A stretch of DNA of 64,000 bases from the human T2T-CHM13v2.0 reference genome, Homo sapiens: NCBI GenBank assembly GCA_009914755.4, contig CP068257.2, forward strand, positions 36,640,001 to 36,704,000, written 5' to 3'. The notes under the pieces are model-generated. The model was not told the DNA's origin and made no database searches. It was given only the letters and a program-made list of their open reading frames with translations. The position numbers were made by a program, and so were the translations under genes. Shown one piece after another: positions 13,101 to 25,640 of this stretch; positions within the stretch are counted from its first letter, which is position 1, and every line of letters begins with the position of its first letter.

Positions 13101-15774
13101 CAGTGGAAAACATATATGGGTGTGTGGGAAATCCCTGTAAACTATAAATTGACTACACAGTGCTTAAGCTGGTGTGGAGAGAAACCACAATACTCTCTGA
13201 AACCAGAGAGGAGGGGACAGAGAGCAAGTTTTGCACGAGGAGAGCACAAAGTGTCCCTGGGAGACAGAGCTGCTGGTAATTCTTAGCAGGCTTAACTGGA
13301 TCTATTGAAAGTGACCACTGTAAAACACCACTGTTGCACCCTGGGGTTCTCTGTGGGATGCCCCTACTTGTATCATGCAGGAACCCTATGGCCTGACTCT
13401 GCTTCACCCACACTTCTTCCCACCGCTCCCCAGCAAGGCCCCCCGCCCTGTTCAATTGCTCCTGTATGCTTCCCCACTTCACTGCCATTGCCTTTGCAGC
13501 TCCAATTCCTGGAAAGCATTCTTTCCCTTTTCTATTAGAATCTCATTATGTAGCTTCGAAGCCCTTCAAGGCCTGTCAAGACTCAGCTTTCCCTTCCCGA
13601 TGGGGCCTTACCTCTTCTACACTTTCTAAATGTTATCTTCTCCAGGCTGAACAAAACCTAGTGTGTCTCTTTGCTACTAAGGACTAATCAGATGCTGTGT
13701 CCTGATTCATTCGGTGTTGGTGTATCCCATATCTCCAATCAGATTACGAGCCCCTGGAGGGCTGACAGCACGTTGGACTTGGCTGAGCTAGAATCAGCTC
13801 CCTTTTGCACCCTGAGCTGAGTGCATGCAGCTCAGCATTTGTAATCCTAGCCTAATGCAATGTGAAATTTATTATCTCTCTTTTTACAAATGAGGAAACT
13901 GAAGATCAGGGAGACAGTGTGACTTGTCCAAAGTCACTAGCCCAGTTGCCTTTCAGAAGGCATCTCACTCCATCTTCAGGATGACCCCAGGGGCTAGGCT
14001 TTCACACTTTAACTCCTCCTAGAAGGTCATAACCTGAAGATCTGAGATTTGAACCCAAGTCTGTCTGGCTCCTACCCTGTACCTTTCCCACTATAGCATA
14101 TTGCCTCCCTATCACCAAAATGCCCAACACGAAGTTGAACATGGCATAATATCAAATGAACTTGTGATCATCCCGTTTTGTCAAAACTCAGAGAACATAA
14201 AAAAAAATCAGCAAATTTGACCAGAGCAGTGTATTTATGGCAAGACCAAGGCAAAACTTGATTCTGCATTCTTTGCATTATAGTAACAGACTGAAAAGGT
14301 TCATAAGTGTATTCATATTTAAGGGAGTGTGTAACTGTTTTACCTGGGTCAATGTAGAATTCCCTATACGTTGCATGCATCATCAGGAATTTCATATGCA
14401 GCAGATAGGCATACAGCCTGGTTTCTCCAACAGCCAAAGGCATTTCTGAGTGGCAACAACACTCTGATCTGGTGAAGCTGAGTCCATCTGGACATTGGGG
14501 AGCCCCAGGCCAGCAGGGTTTCTGCTAAGTGGACCTTTCCAAATCCTCTCAGGGACAAAACCTGGTTGGGCATCTTCAAGAAAAGATGCTCTTGTAAAGT
14601 TGGTGTAGCTGCTTAAATAAGCCCCGAATAGAGTCTAGTCCGTCTCTCTGTGCTTTTCTTTAAATTTCCCTTCATAGAAAGCTAAAACTTAAAGAGGTTT
14701 CAGAGAAGCTAGTCTGACCCCATCTCCCAGTATCATTGAGAAAACTGAAGCTCGGAGGGGCTGGGTCATTTGCCGGAGGTTTTGCAGGACACAGAAGAGC
14801 TTGTTCTCCTAATGTGGCCTAGAACTCTTCACCAGGCCTCCTCCTATCCCAGGTGGAAACTAAAGAGGAAAAGATGAAGCCAAACTCAGGCGGAAGCAAC
14901 ATAATTAAACTGGTTTATCGTTTGGCAACAGAGATCAGAGGAGTGAGTGGAAAGTGAAAATCAGTGAAACACTTGCAGTTTAAAAGAGGCATGCGATTCC
15001 TGCTTTTCCTAAGCAGTTGAAATGTGTTTATATGTCTTTCCTGGAGCTCTCTCATTGCTAATGTGGTCCTATAAGGGGAAGTCCTGGAGACTGAGCTGGG
15101 TGTATTTGAGTATTCTTCTCAATGGAAGGCAATGAGCTTGTGTGCTACACTGCTTAGGCCACACGATCCCCCAAGCCTGGGCTGCCAGACGTCGCCATCA
15201 TTGCTCCATGCAGATCATGCCCATCCTGTGCAGAAGGTCACTATAGGAACACATGGCACAGGGAAGAAAACGCCCATAGAAATTCACATGGTGCTTGTCT
15301 AAACCGAAGGCAGGTGAGATCCACCCACTGTCATGGGAAGCTGCTAGCATGCTCCCATTTGTTTATAATAATTTCTCCACCGTTAGAGGCTGCTTTAAAA
15401 AGAAACGGCCAAAACCTGCGATCCGGTGCCACAATTGAGACAGAAAGCATGGGACCATGACAGTTTTAAGAATTACTAAAGTATGAGGCTTGACCAGATC
15501 ATTTTTCCAAGGATCCAGAGCCCTTTAGAGAGAATTCAAGAGGGAGAATTTCTGGTGACTTCTACCACCTCTGAAGAATTAAAAAACTTACTTGTGCTGC
15601 TTTCCAGGCCTCTGTGGTAGTTAATTCTGCTTGGCAGTTTTTGTTGTCAAATAGCTTTTAAGAAATCTGGAGCTATCTCAGATATAAATACCTTAATGAT
15701 GCCAGAGGACTGTCTTTCACCCATAAAAACTGAAGCCATGTGCCAGAAGCCCTCGTGGCTCAAGGGCTCTGTCC

Positions 15775-16017
15775 TTGGACACGGATGAGGGCAGCTGGGC
15801 GGTGGGACCGAGGCTCTGCCTGAATGCTCAGCTTCTGCAAGCTGGGGTGGAGAGTGTGTTCCTGCCTACCGGCTCAGCCAGCACAGGAGCACGTAGCCTG
15901 CAGGTGTGGGTTGTACACAGGCTACCCCCTGCTGAGTCAGTTCCCCAGATCTCTTCATCACTTCCCCAGATCTCTGGGATCTTCAGCTGAGATTGGGCCC
16001 CAGCACCTGGACTCAAG
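15775..16017 (+). other. Candidate non-coding exon (GC-rich, exon-like) ending at a consensus 5' splice site CAAG|GTAAGG (16017/16018)
   Basis: ...gattgggccccagcacctggactcaag|gtaaggcccc gives a perfect donor consensus. The ~240 nt upstream are GC-rich (~60%) against an AT-rich background and retain several CpGs. It lies on the same strand as, and upstream of, the Kir4.2 coding exon. The overlapping reading frames (15775..15990, 15824..16021) have no recognisable protein similarity, so it would be a UTR exon if real. Confidence 0.25.
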
Positions 16018-18793
16018 GTAAGGCCCCTTAGGATGCTTGTAGCTGATCAATCAGGGTAGTGCAAAGGAAGAGGGGAAAAAGCCACCCAGACCTTAAAGGA
16101 GATTTCTGGAAGATCCAATCAAAGTGATTCACCTTAACCTCAGGCATGACCTTTCCCCATTATCTGCTGTTTTTAATTTCAAGTAGTGTAAATCTTACTG
16201 ATCTGAAGAAGACTTCTGCTTCTGAAACTACCAGCGCTTAACAATGATTGAGCCCTACTCTATGAGATTGCAAATAAAAATATATTAACCTTGGCAGGAA
16301 ATCAACTGATTAATACTTATACCCTACACTCTAAAGCCTGGAACCTCAATTTATCTGCATAAACAGAGGCTTTGGGTATAAAACTAAAATGTAGTTGGTT
16401 ATGCCAAAGACTGCTTTCAATAGTAATGCACCAAACATGCTTTTGAAAATAGCAATAAACTATTCATTTAGGTTAGATATACAAATAAGTAACTTTCAGA
16501 GTTAGCACTAAGTTTTAAGCCTCAAAGACTTTGATTTCAGTGACAAGATGTGTAAATGCAGCGGTTAGAAAAAGTACACATACTGAGGTTTCTTTCAAGA
16601 TTATATATAGTATTATTCAAAAGTCTTATTGTATATGAAAAGTGACAAGATTTTTGCAATGTGAAACAACAGTAGCTAGCTAATACTCTAGTTACCTTTA
16701 CAGATTGTCTAGTTGGTCACATTATACCTTAATTTTTCAGGATCTAACCAAGGCCTGGTTAACTCTTACTGGCAATGTTTGAAAGGGATGAAAGAGGTCC
16801 TATGCATATTACTCTAAATTAATCTTAGTGCAGGAAGACAAGTCATATTTGAATAACTTTATTTTGTATCCCTAGCTACTGTCATCCTAGTATTTGAAAA
16901 GCTCCTTTTCTCCCAATGTTCAGAAAGTCATTTTCCAAACTTGCAAATATTAAAACCTATTCATGTCTAATACTTTTCTACTTGGTCTATTTCCATGTCC
17001 TGTCAATGACCTATCAATTACCCTATTCAATTACCCATGTCACTTGAGATTTCTCCCACCAGAATTTAGGTTGCATATTTTCACAGGGCAATTTATTTTA
17101 AAATCAGAATGGTCCATAAAACTAATAGCTTTGTGTGCACAGACCTAAAAGATTTGTAGTAGCTCTGCAGCTGCATTTTTGAACATCAATAGTTAAACGA
17201 TCAACATAAATGTTAAAGAAGTAAATTAACTTTCAGAATTTCACGTGTGCTCTAGCATTCACCATTGACCATGCTGGAAGAAGACTTTGAGGTCATTTCA
17301 TCCAACCCTCTCATTTTACAGATGAGGAAAACAGGACTAATTGATAGCTAGCAATACTAAATTATAGCTCTTCTAAAACTAGACAGCAGCGTCAGTAGGC
17401 TTCTTCATGTGCTCAATTACTGTATGGATTCCACGAGTTGATGAGCGTGCTGTGACCTTGAGCATTTACATTCTGTGGTTTTCAAATGTTTATGTTTCTA
17501 ATGTGGTATTTGTAAACCTGGGCCCCAGTAACCTTTACCACTGAGGCTTTGCCAATCCCAACTCTGGGCAGCCCACCTCTTCCATATGCAGCAGTGCTTG
17601 CAGGCTGTTCCGCCTGGGCAAAGTCATGTTAGGTGTAAGCAAAGACGTGAACTAGTGTTCATGCTTGAAAACCTCACAGAGACCTGCCTGCTGGCTGAAT
17701 CCTTTCTTCATCTCTTGTTGCCTCTCCTACATGTGACTCAAAAGCTAGCCAAGTTTGTTCCACATCCTTCAGCTTGTTCCTCTTACACCAAAGTGCCATA
17801 CCATCATCCCCTTTAGTAAGATCACACTTCTCCAATTTCTGTCCTCCTCTACTCCTCAATAAACAGGAAGATGCTGTCTGTGGAAATGCACGTGGAGCTC
17901 TTGCACACGTTTTCTATAACTTGTCTTCATTCCACTTCCCCACAACTAGAATATAAGCCTCATGAGAGCAAATGCCTTGTCTGGACTGTTATCTCCCCTG
18001 TGTCTAGTATAGTCAAAAATAGTAGGTGATGGGTAAATACATGTGCAATAAATATATCCTTTCATCTTTCCTTCCTATCTTAGGGAAACAAATGTCCCTT
18101 TCTTTTCTGTCTTACCTCCCTAATAACATCAGTACTTCTTTGTCCCTCCTCCAATATTGACCTCTGAATCATGTCCTCCTTCTTGAAATCTTGCCTTCTT
18201 AATTGTCTGCTTTTATTAATTTACATAGGTGTCCAGCCATCTGGCTGGCCTTTCTCCAGTTCTTTTGCTGGAAAATCCTCTCCTCTTCTCTTTAATACAG
18301 GCAGCCTCTAAGATTGCCCCTTCAGTTGCTTTCTTCCCTTGGTATTTTTCTTTTTTTTGCAGTTCTCATTGACTCATATCTGGTCAACTTTTACCTCTAG
18401 GTACAATGATTCTTCAATTTCCACCTCCAGCCCCAAATTTAATTCCTAGATATGGACATGCTTGGAGCCAACCCCACCATGTCACCTCAATACACTCTGC
18501 TTTTCATCCAAATCTTCCTTTCCATCCAGGCAGCAAACTCCAGAGTCCTTTCCACTCCTGTTCAACCTTTCTACTTCACATATGACAGGTGTGTGAATTT
18601 TACCTGGTGGCAAACCAACGTGGTGATTCTCTTGAATTCATGTATTACTTAGACAAATTCAACAGCCTCCTAAATGATCTCCTTCTAGCTGCTCTCCTCC
18701 CTCTCCATCTGTCTTGCTAGATGAGCCTGGCTTCTTTTTTCCTGCAGAAAGATCAAACTTTTCAGTTTAACCCGCATCACCTTTTAAAATTCA

Positions 18794-19034
<241 letters not shown>

Positions 19035-19984
19035 TCAGAGGCTCCCTTTTTAAAAGAGCAGAGCTCAGGCTCTTACTCACATCCCTGTGCCCCACCAAAA
19101 TATTCTGATTTTATTGTCCTGTGTCAGAGCCAAGGCGTTAGTTCATTTTAAAATCCCCCTAGGTGAATCTCATAGGCAGCCATGGTTGAAAATCGCTGAT
19201 AATTGATAAACCCTATGGCCCAATCAATTGGGAGTACTTGAAACATACTTTGCCACCCCATAGTTTTGCCTGGGCAATTCCCCTTGTCTGTAATCTTCTT
19301 TCTCCTATTTTTTTTTCCTACAGAAAACACATGATAACTTCTTTGATTTTTCCAGTTAGAAGGAATCAGTCCTCCTCCTGGAAATCCTTAATACCTTTTA
19401 ATATATCATATTCATTCATGTGATCTAGGCAGACCTTGTGTTAGATATGGACAAAATGGAGAGAAATAAGACAAGGTCCTTGTCTTTAAGCAGCTTACAG
19501 TCTTGCCAGCTCACTGGTTACACATGAACTAGTGAGTATCAACTTTTATGATAGAAGTGTCCATGGGATACTGTTAAGGCATGAAGGAGCCTATTCTGCT
19601 TGGCATGATAACAATTTATGTATATGTCATCTCTTATATCAAATGGTATACTTTCGAGGGCTAAGATCATGCATCTCTCACCTTTACGTATTTCAAAGAC
19701 CACAGTAGTATAAAATGTTTGCTGAATAAATGAGCAAATGAATGATGTTTTGGTAATTAGGAGTCACTGGGGAATAATGGCAGCTCTTAGGAAATGGTAC
19801 CATAGTTCCATTCTTGGGGTAGGGCTGGGCGTGTCCCCATGGAGTTCACAGAACTATGTCATAATTTCAGTACTAAATTATGTGTGTTTTACAGTTTCTC
19901 TCAATCACCCATTCTATGGTTTATTTAAAATGGTAATAGGAATAGCATGTTAGAAACTGGGTCCTGTACTCATTAACAAAAAGA

Positions 19985-20190
19985 AGGGAGCAACAGACAT
20001 TGGGGTCTACTTGAGGGTGGAGGGTGAGAGGAAGGAGAAGCAGAAAAGAGAACTATTGGGCACTGGGCTTAATACCTGGGTGTTGAAATAACCTTTACAA
20101 CTAACCCCCATGACACAAGTTTATCAATGTGACAAACCTTCATACCCTTTTTTTGGTACCCCGAACCTAAAATAAAAGTTTAAAAAATTA
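19985..20190 (+). mobile_element. Old L1 (L1M/L1P) 3'UTR end fragment, sense orientation
   Basis: ggggtctacttgagggtggagggtgagagg...cttaatacctgggtg...acaagtttatcaatgtgacaaacc...cctaaaataaaagtttaaaaaa matches the characteristic L1 3' terminal block ending in the AATAAA-containing tail. Confidence 0.6.
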
Positions 20191-20486
20191 TATTTTAGAA
20201 TATATTCAAAAAGTAGGATATTATTTCTCAAAGAAAACATCTGAATTCATACTTTAAAAATATTTTTTAAAACTTGAAGTTTGATCAAGGCATTTACATC
20301 CTAGGAGACAAAAGCAATCATTTCAATATGCATTCTAGATTTATCAACTGCATACATATTTTAGGAAGATTTTAAGATATTTCAATATAATATCTAAAAA
20401 TGACCACTTAATTTTAGTAAAAAGAGACTCCCACCTTCTGGTAATTGACAATTACTATGGTCTGAGAGTGTTTAGATTAAAAAATT

Positions 20487-20508
20487 GTGTGTGTGTGTGT
20501 GTGTGTGT
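20487..20508. repeat. (GT)11 microsatellite
   Basis: ttgtgtgtgtgtgtgtgtgtgtgtaa. Confidence 0.95.
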
Positions 20509-23500
20509 AAAATTATCACAGGAAAATCAATACATCAATAGTAGCACCAAAAAAGAAAAAAAAAAGGAAAGAAACTAGGTCCTATTTTTCATGACTAAGA
20601 AGTTGACAATGGTCTTTCCAAATTAAGACTTGGCATCTTTGATTTTTGTAAACATATCCTGGAGATCGAATGTGAACATTTGATGGCTGATGGGAAGAAT
20701 TGAGGAGGATTAGGGGAGCACTTGACTTTGCCATGATTCTCAAGTTAAATCCTTGGACCTCTTAAAGATGTTGTTGATGAAGCTGCTAAAATGGTCACCA
20801 GATGAATATAAACAAGTAGGACCCGCAGTAATTTCCAGGCTAATTTTGTGCACGTGCGTTTAGGGGCGAGTCAAATTAAATGAATGAGGAGCTGATGTTC
20901 ATGTGAAAGTAATTACTCTCCTCCAGTAGAAATCCTAATCCTACAAGTAACTGCAGAAATAATTAATCATAACTAAGAAGCAAACCACTCTCAGGGAGAA
21001 AAGCTGTATCTGAACTTCCACGTGCTCTTGGAGGATACGGGTGATTCACGGCATAAGAGTCATCTACCAAGTCATCTGCAAGAGCGGGTGCAGCTTCCAA
21101 GAGGGTCTGAGTCAGAACAGATAAAAGGAAGTGCTTCTTAACTCAGAAGATTTCAACACTGGGGAAGCTCATTTCCCACAGAGATAGAAAAATGTGCACT
21201 ATAAATCACTCTCAAAAAGCAATTTAGACAACTACGCAGGTAATGATAAATGCATGGAGAGCACTCACATGTTTTGGGTTGTGTTTTTGACCTTCATTCA
21301 TTCTTTATTAATCCACGGATTAAGTCATTGACTCATTTATAGTCATGAGTCATTAAAACTTTTCTGGAGCATCTACCACATGCCAGCAACTGTGCTACTT
21401 AGGGTACAAAGGTGGACATGGCCCAACCCCTGCCCTCAAAGAATTTCTAGGGAACACTGACTTTGCAGGCATGATTCCGTCTGCATCACGCATCAGTAAA
21501 CAGCTATGTGTACTGTAGGGTATTGAGACACAATGACGTTCCCTCTGCTCAGCTCATCACCACAACCAATGTGTAGGAGCTTGCTTTTTGAGACCCAGCG
21601 GTGCTTTTCTATAACTGGAAGATTCCAAGTTTCCTTTGCTTCCATTTATGCATTCAGCAGACATTAAGGCCCTGCTAGAACCTAGGCATTGGCATGTACA
21701 AGATGAGATATGGCAGCTTGCATTCCAGTGGAAGGTGGTGGGGTGTGATGGATGAAGAGCTGGCTTTTGAGTCAGACTACAATCTTAAACATTGTCGCCA
21801 CTACTAGCTAGTTGTGTGACCCTAGGCAAATGCTTTAACTTATCTAGCCTCCATTTACTTATTTTTACCAGCATTACTCTGAAGTGTGGAGTTATACATA
21901 CATGAGCTGCCGACACAGTACTAGTTACATATTCATTCTCAACTAGTGGCAGTTGTTGGTTGGATCATTATTATAATTAAATATACACAAGCAAAACAGA
22001 TATCTCTAGTACACTGAGATAAATATTCTGGGAGACAGAAGCATAGGCAATCATGTAGAGAAAGCCCCAAACCCATGGGAACAGGTGGAGAAAGCACCTA
22101 CCTAGAAAGGGTAACACCCCAAAGGATAGACATGAGAACGCTGGCCAAGACAGGAGGTGGGCTTTCGGGCAGATGGCATGGCATCAAGTCAATCAATAGA
22201 GGACTAATCCATCTGGGCAACTGCAAGTCATTCTGCATGACCTGACCAGGTAACAACCTAAGGAGTGGCTGGCACTAAGGCAGGTGGGGCCAGTTTCTGA
22301 AGGGTCAGTTTCAGGAGCTGAGGCTTTGGTTTGTAGACAATGGGGCCACTAAGCTGGGTGGCAGAGTGCTTTAGGGACACCACTGAGGAGGGACTATGAA
22401 GGATGCTATAGAGAGAGGACAACTTGAGATGGGGACCTCAATTATGAGCCTGTGCTGTCATGCAAGAAATAAAGTATGTGGATCTAAACCAAGGCAGTGT
22501 CACCCAAGAAAGAAAATGTGTGGATCTAAACCAACGCAGTGACAGTGGGAAGGGAGAAAATGGACAGCTTCAAGGGATGTTGGGGTAGACTCGGGGTGCT
22601 GAGTATTTTTCAGTGCCTGAGGGTCTATGGGAGGAAGGGAGTTGCCCTGGGTAATGGATAATGAAGCTAGGCTGGGTCTAATTTGGGGTGTTTGTGGGCA
22701 ATCAAAGGGAGGAACCACACACAGTTGACTGTTGTTCTGGCAGTCTTGCAAGAGCAATCTGGAACACAAAAAGTCTAGGCTTCATGAACTACAAAGGTAA
22801 CATCTGAAACCATGGGAGTAGATGCAGGAGTGTGTCTTTAGTGAAAATAAAATAGTTGGAGCATGGAGCCTTGGAGAAAATGCCACTTCAAGATTGGCAG
22901 AAGAGGAAGAACCTACAGATGGAACTGAGAAGGCATCAGAAAAGTAGAGGTCAAGTTGAGAGAAGAGAGTAGCAGCAGACTGAAATGCTATGGAAATATC
23001 AAGGAAGATAAGGAATGAAATGTATTTGCCAGCTGAGTTGTAAGTAACTCTGACCAAGTGGAGTGGTGAGCTGAGAGGTTACTCCCTTGGTTGAAGAGTG
23101 ATCACCCAGCCCTCAAGGAAGTGGAAGCAAAGTATCGCTTCTGTCCTTTTTAAAGCTCTTCTCCATATCATTGACTCTGCTCCCCAAAGCTTGGCTTTTA
23201 GTGAAAGCCATTCTATTTAGACAAACTCATTGTCTCTCCTCTCAACCCCAAGACAAGCATTTTGATCTCTTTAACTCCATGGGTTTTATTACCAATGAAT
23301 GAAATAGGACATGGCACACAGAGCAGACAGAAGGCCATTGCCAAGGTCTTTCAACTGGGGTCCCACTCTCAATTTTACTTCCTGAAAGTTCAATGTCTTG
23401 GCTGAAAACAGGGCTGAAGATAGATCCAAGGAAGACCACTGGGAATTGGCCAACTAGGTTTAAACTGGGGAACAACTCCCCTCAAGTGGCAATTTTAAGG

Positions 23501-24726
23501 GTCTTCATCCTGCCTCATTGGCTTTAATCCCTCTTGAACATGTCAAAGTGGTTGTAAGACTGAGTCCTGGTGGGCCACATTGTGTTTCTGTGGACTGCGG
23601 ACTAGTTTCAGAGGAAGCACCTGTCTAACTTAACCAGGGATCACTTAGGATGAACACCAGTTACACAGTATAGAAGACATAAATATTTGAAATTTTATTT
23701 GCAGCCACTGTTGCACAGTGCAAGCTGTCTCAGAAATTAAGGCATATATATAGTTCAAATGGGACCAAAGTAGTCTTTTGGAAGTCATAACAGGGCACAC
23801 ATACATGAATTGTTGAGCAGACCTTGTAAATTAAGAGATTCATTGTATTCAGGCAATAGTGTGTGGGTGTGTGTTCGCTTTCTTTGGGAAAACAGCATTT
23901 GTAAGCCACTCACTCCCAACATCAGGGGCACATCAGGGTGAGGGTATATAGAGGTAGCTGTTATTAGTGAGAATATAAGCGACGCCTGACTTAGCACTCT
24001 GTTACTGTTAGCACTACCGAATCTTTGATGACTAGGTGTGGTCAAAATCTTGGTTTCCAGCTATGTTTCCCATAAATGAAGTTTCCAGATATAAGCCAAA
24101 TGCTTAAACAAAATTGCTGACTACAGGATCATTTTGTAATACTGTATGGGTGATTTATAAGCTGTGTTTTTTTAAAGAATGAAGTCATCTAGTGGCTTTG
24201 AACTTTCTCCCCATAGGTGAAGTTATAAGTCCAGCAAGCTCCTCAGTGGCTCCTTTCTCAACAGTCATGTGAGAGAAGCCAGCCTCAATTAAGCCCCACG
24301 GCATTCACTGATGGAATAAATTACCTTCTATTGTATATGTCTAGAGTGATGCTTGCTATAACCATCCATGGGAGAAATGAGAACACAGTCAATCAAACCA
24401 TTTTCTGGGTTCAGTACTGTGTTGTCCAGATGAGGAACAGTGGCTGCAAAAGGCCGTTTGCTATGCAGAGTGTGAGCTTTCACCTCCAGCCTCAGCCTCG
24501 CCTGGGAGCTGGTTAGAAATGCAAATTCTCAGACCTACTGCAGACCTTTTGAATAATAATTTGCATTTAAATGAGCCCTCAGGGAATTCATATGCAAGTT
24601 TAATCAGTATTGGTGTAAAGCAATGGATTCAAAAATTATAGCCTCTCGCAGCACACACAAGGATACTTAGGGACATACATGCACAATATATACATTTTTC
24701 GTCTTGCTCTAACAAATTACATATAT

Positions 24727-25640
24727 TTTATTTATTTTTTTCAACTTTTATTATAGGTATGGGGTACATGTGCAGGTTTATTAAACAAGAATATTGCATG
24801 ATGCCGAGGTTTGGTGTATAAATCCTGTCGTGCAGGTAGTGAGCACAGTACCTGACAGGTAGTTTTTAAAACCACCCCACAGCCCTCTAGTAGTCTGCAG
24901 TGTCTATTGTTCCCATATTTATCTCCATGTGTGCTCAGTGTTTAGCTCCTTCTATTATAAGTGAGAACATATGGTATTTGGTTTTCTGTTCCTGCATTAA
25001 TTTGCTTAGGATAATGGTCTCCAGCTCCATCCATGTTGCTGCAAAGAACATGATTTAATTCTTTTTTATGGCTGCATAGTATTCTGCGGTATATTTGTAC
25101 AAAATTTTCTTTATCCATTCTACATTTATGGGCACCTGGCTTGATGCCATGTATTTGCTCTAGTGAATAGTGCAGAGGTGAACATACAAATGCATGTGTC
25201 TTTTGGTAGAATGATATAGTTTCCTTTGGGAATACACCCAGTAATGGGATTGCTGGGTCAAATGACAGCTCTGTTTTAAGTTCTTTTAGAAATCTCCAGA
25301 CTGCTTTCCACAGTGGCTGGACTAATTTACATTTCCATCAATAGTGTAGAAACTTTCCCTTTCTTTGCAGCCTTGGCCAGCAACTATTTTTTGACTTTTT
25401 AGTAATAGCCATTCTGACTGGTGTGAGATGATAACTCTTCGTGGTTTTGATATGCATTTTTCTAGTGATTAGTGATGCTGAGCATTTTTTCAAGTTTGTT
25501 GACTGTTTGTATATCTTCTTTTGAGAAGTGTCGGTTCATTTCCTTTGCCCATTTTTTTTAAATGGAGCAATATGTTTTTTGCTTGTTGATTTATTCAAGT
25601 TCACCATGGATTCATTTTAAAATATGTATAAGATATAAAC
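24727..25640 (-). mobile_element. Older L1 (L1PB/L1MA-like) 3' end fragment, antisense, ~0.9 kb
   Basis: The plus strand is the reverse complement of the L1 3' end (ttttattataggtatggggtacatgtgcaggtttattaaacaag...cccagtaatgggattgctgggtcaaatgacagctctgttttaagttc...). It encodes degraded ORF2 C-terminus in the minus frame and is more diverged than the 9.6 kb and 47.5 kb copies. Confidence 0.8.
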
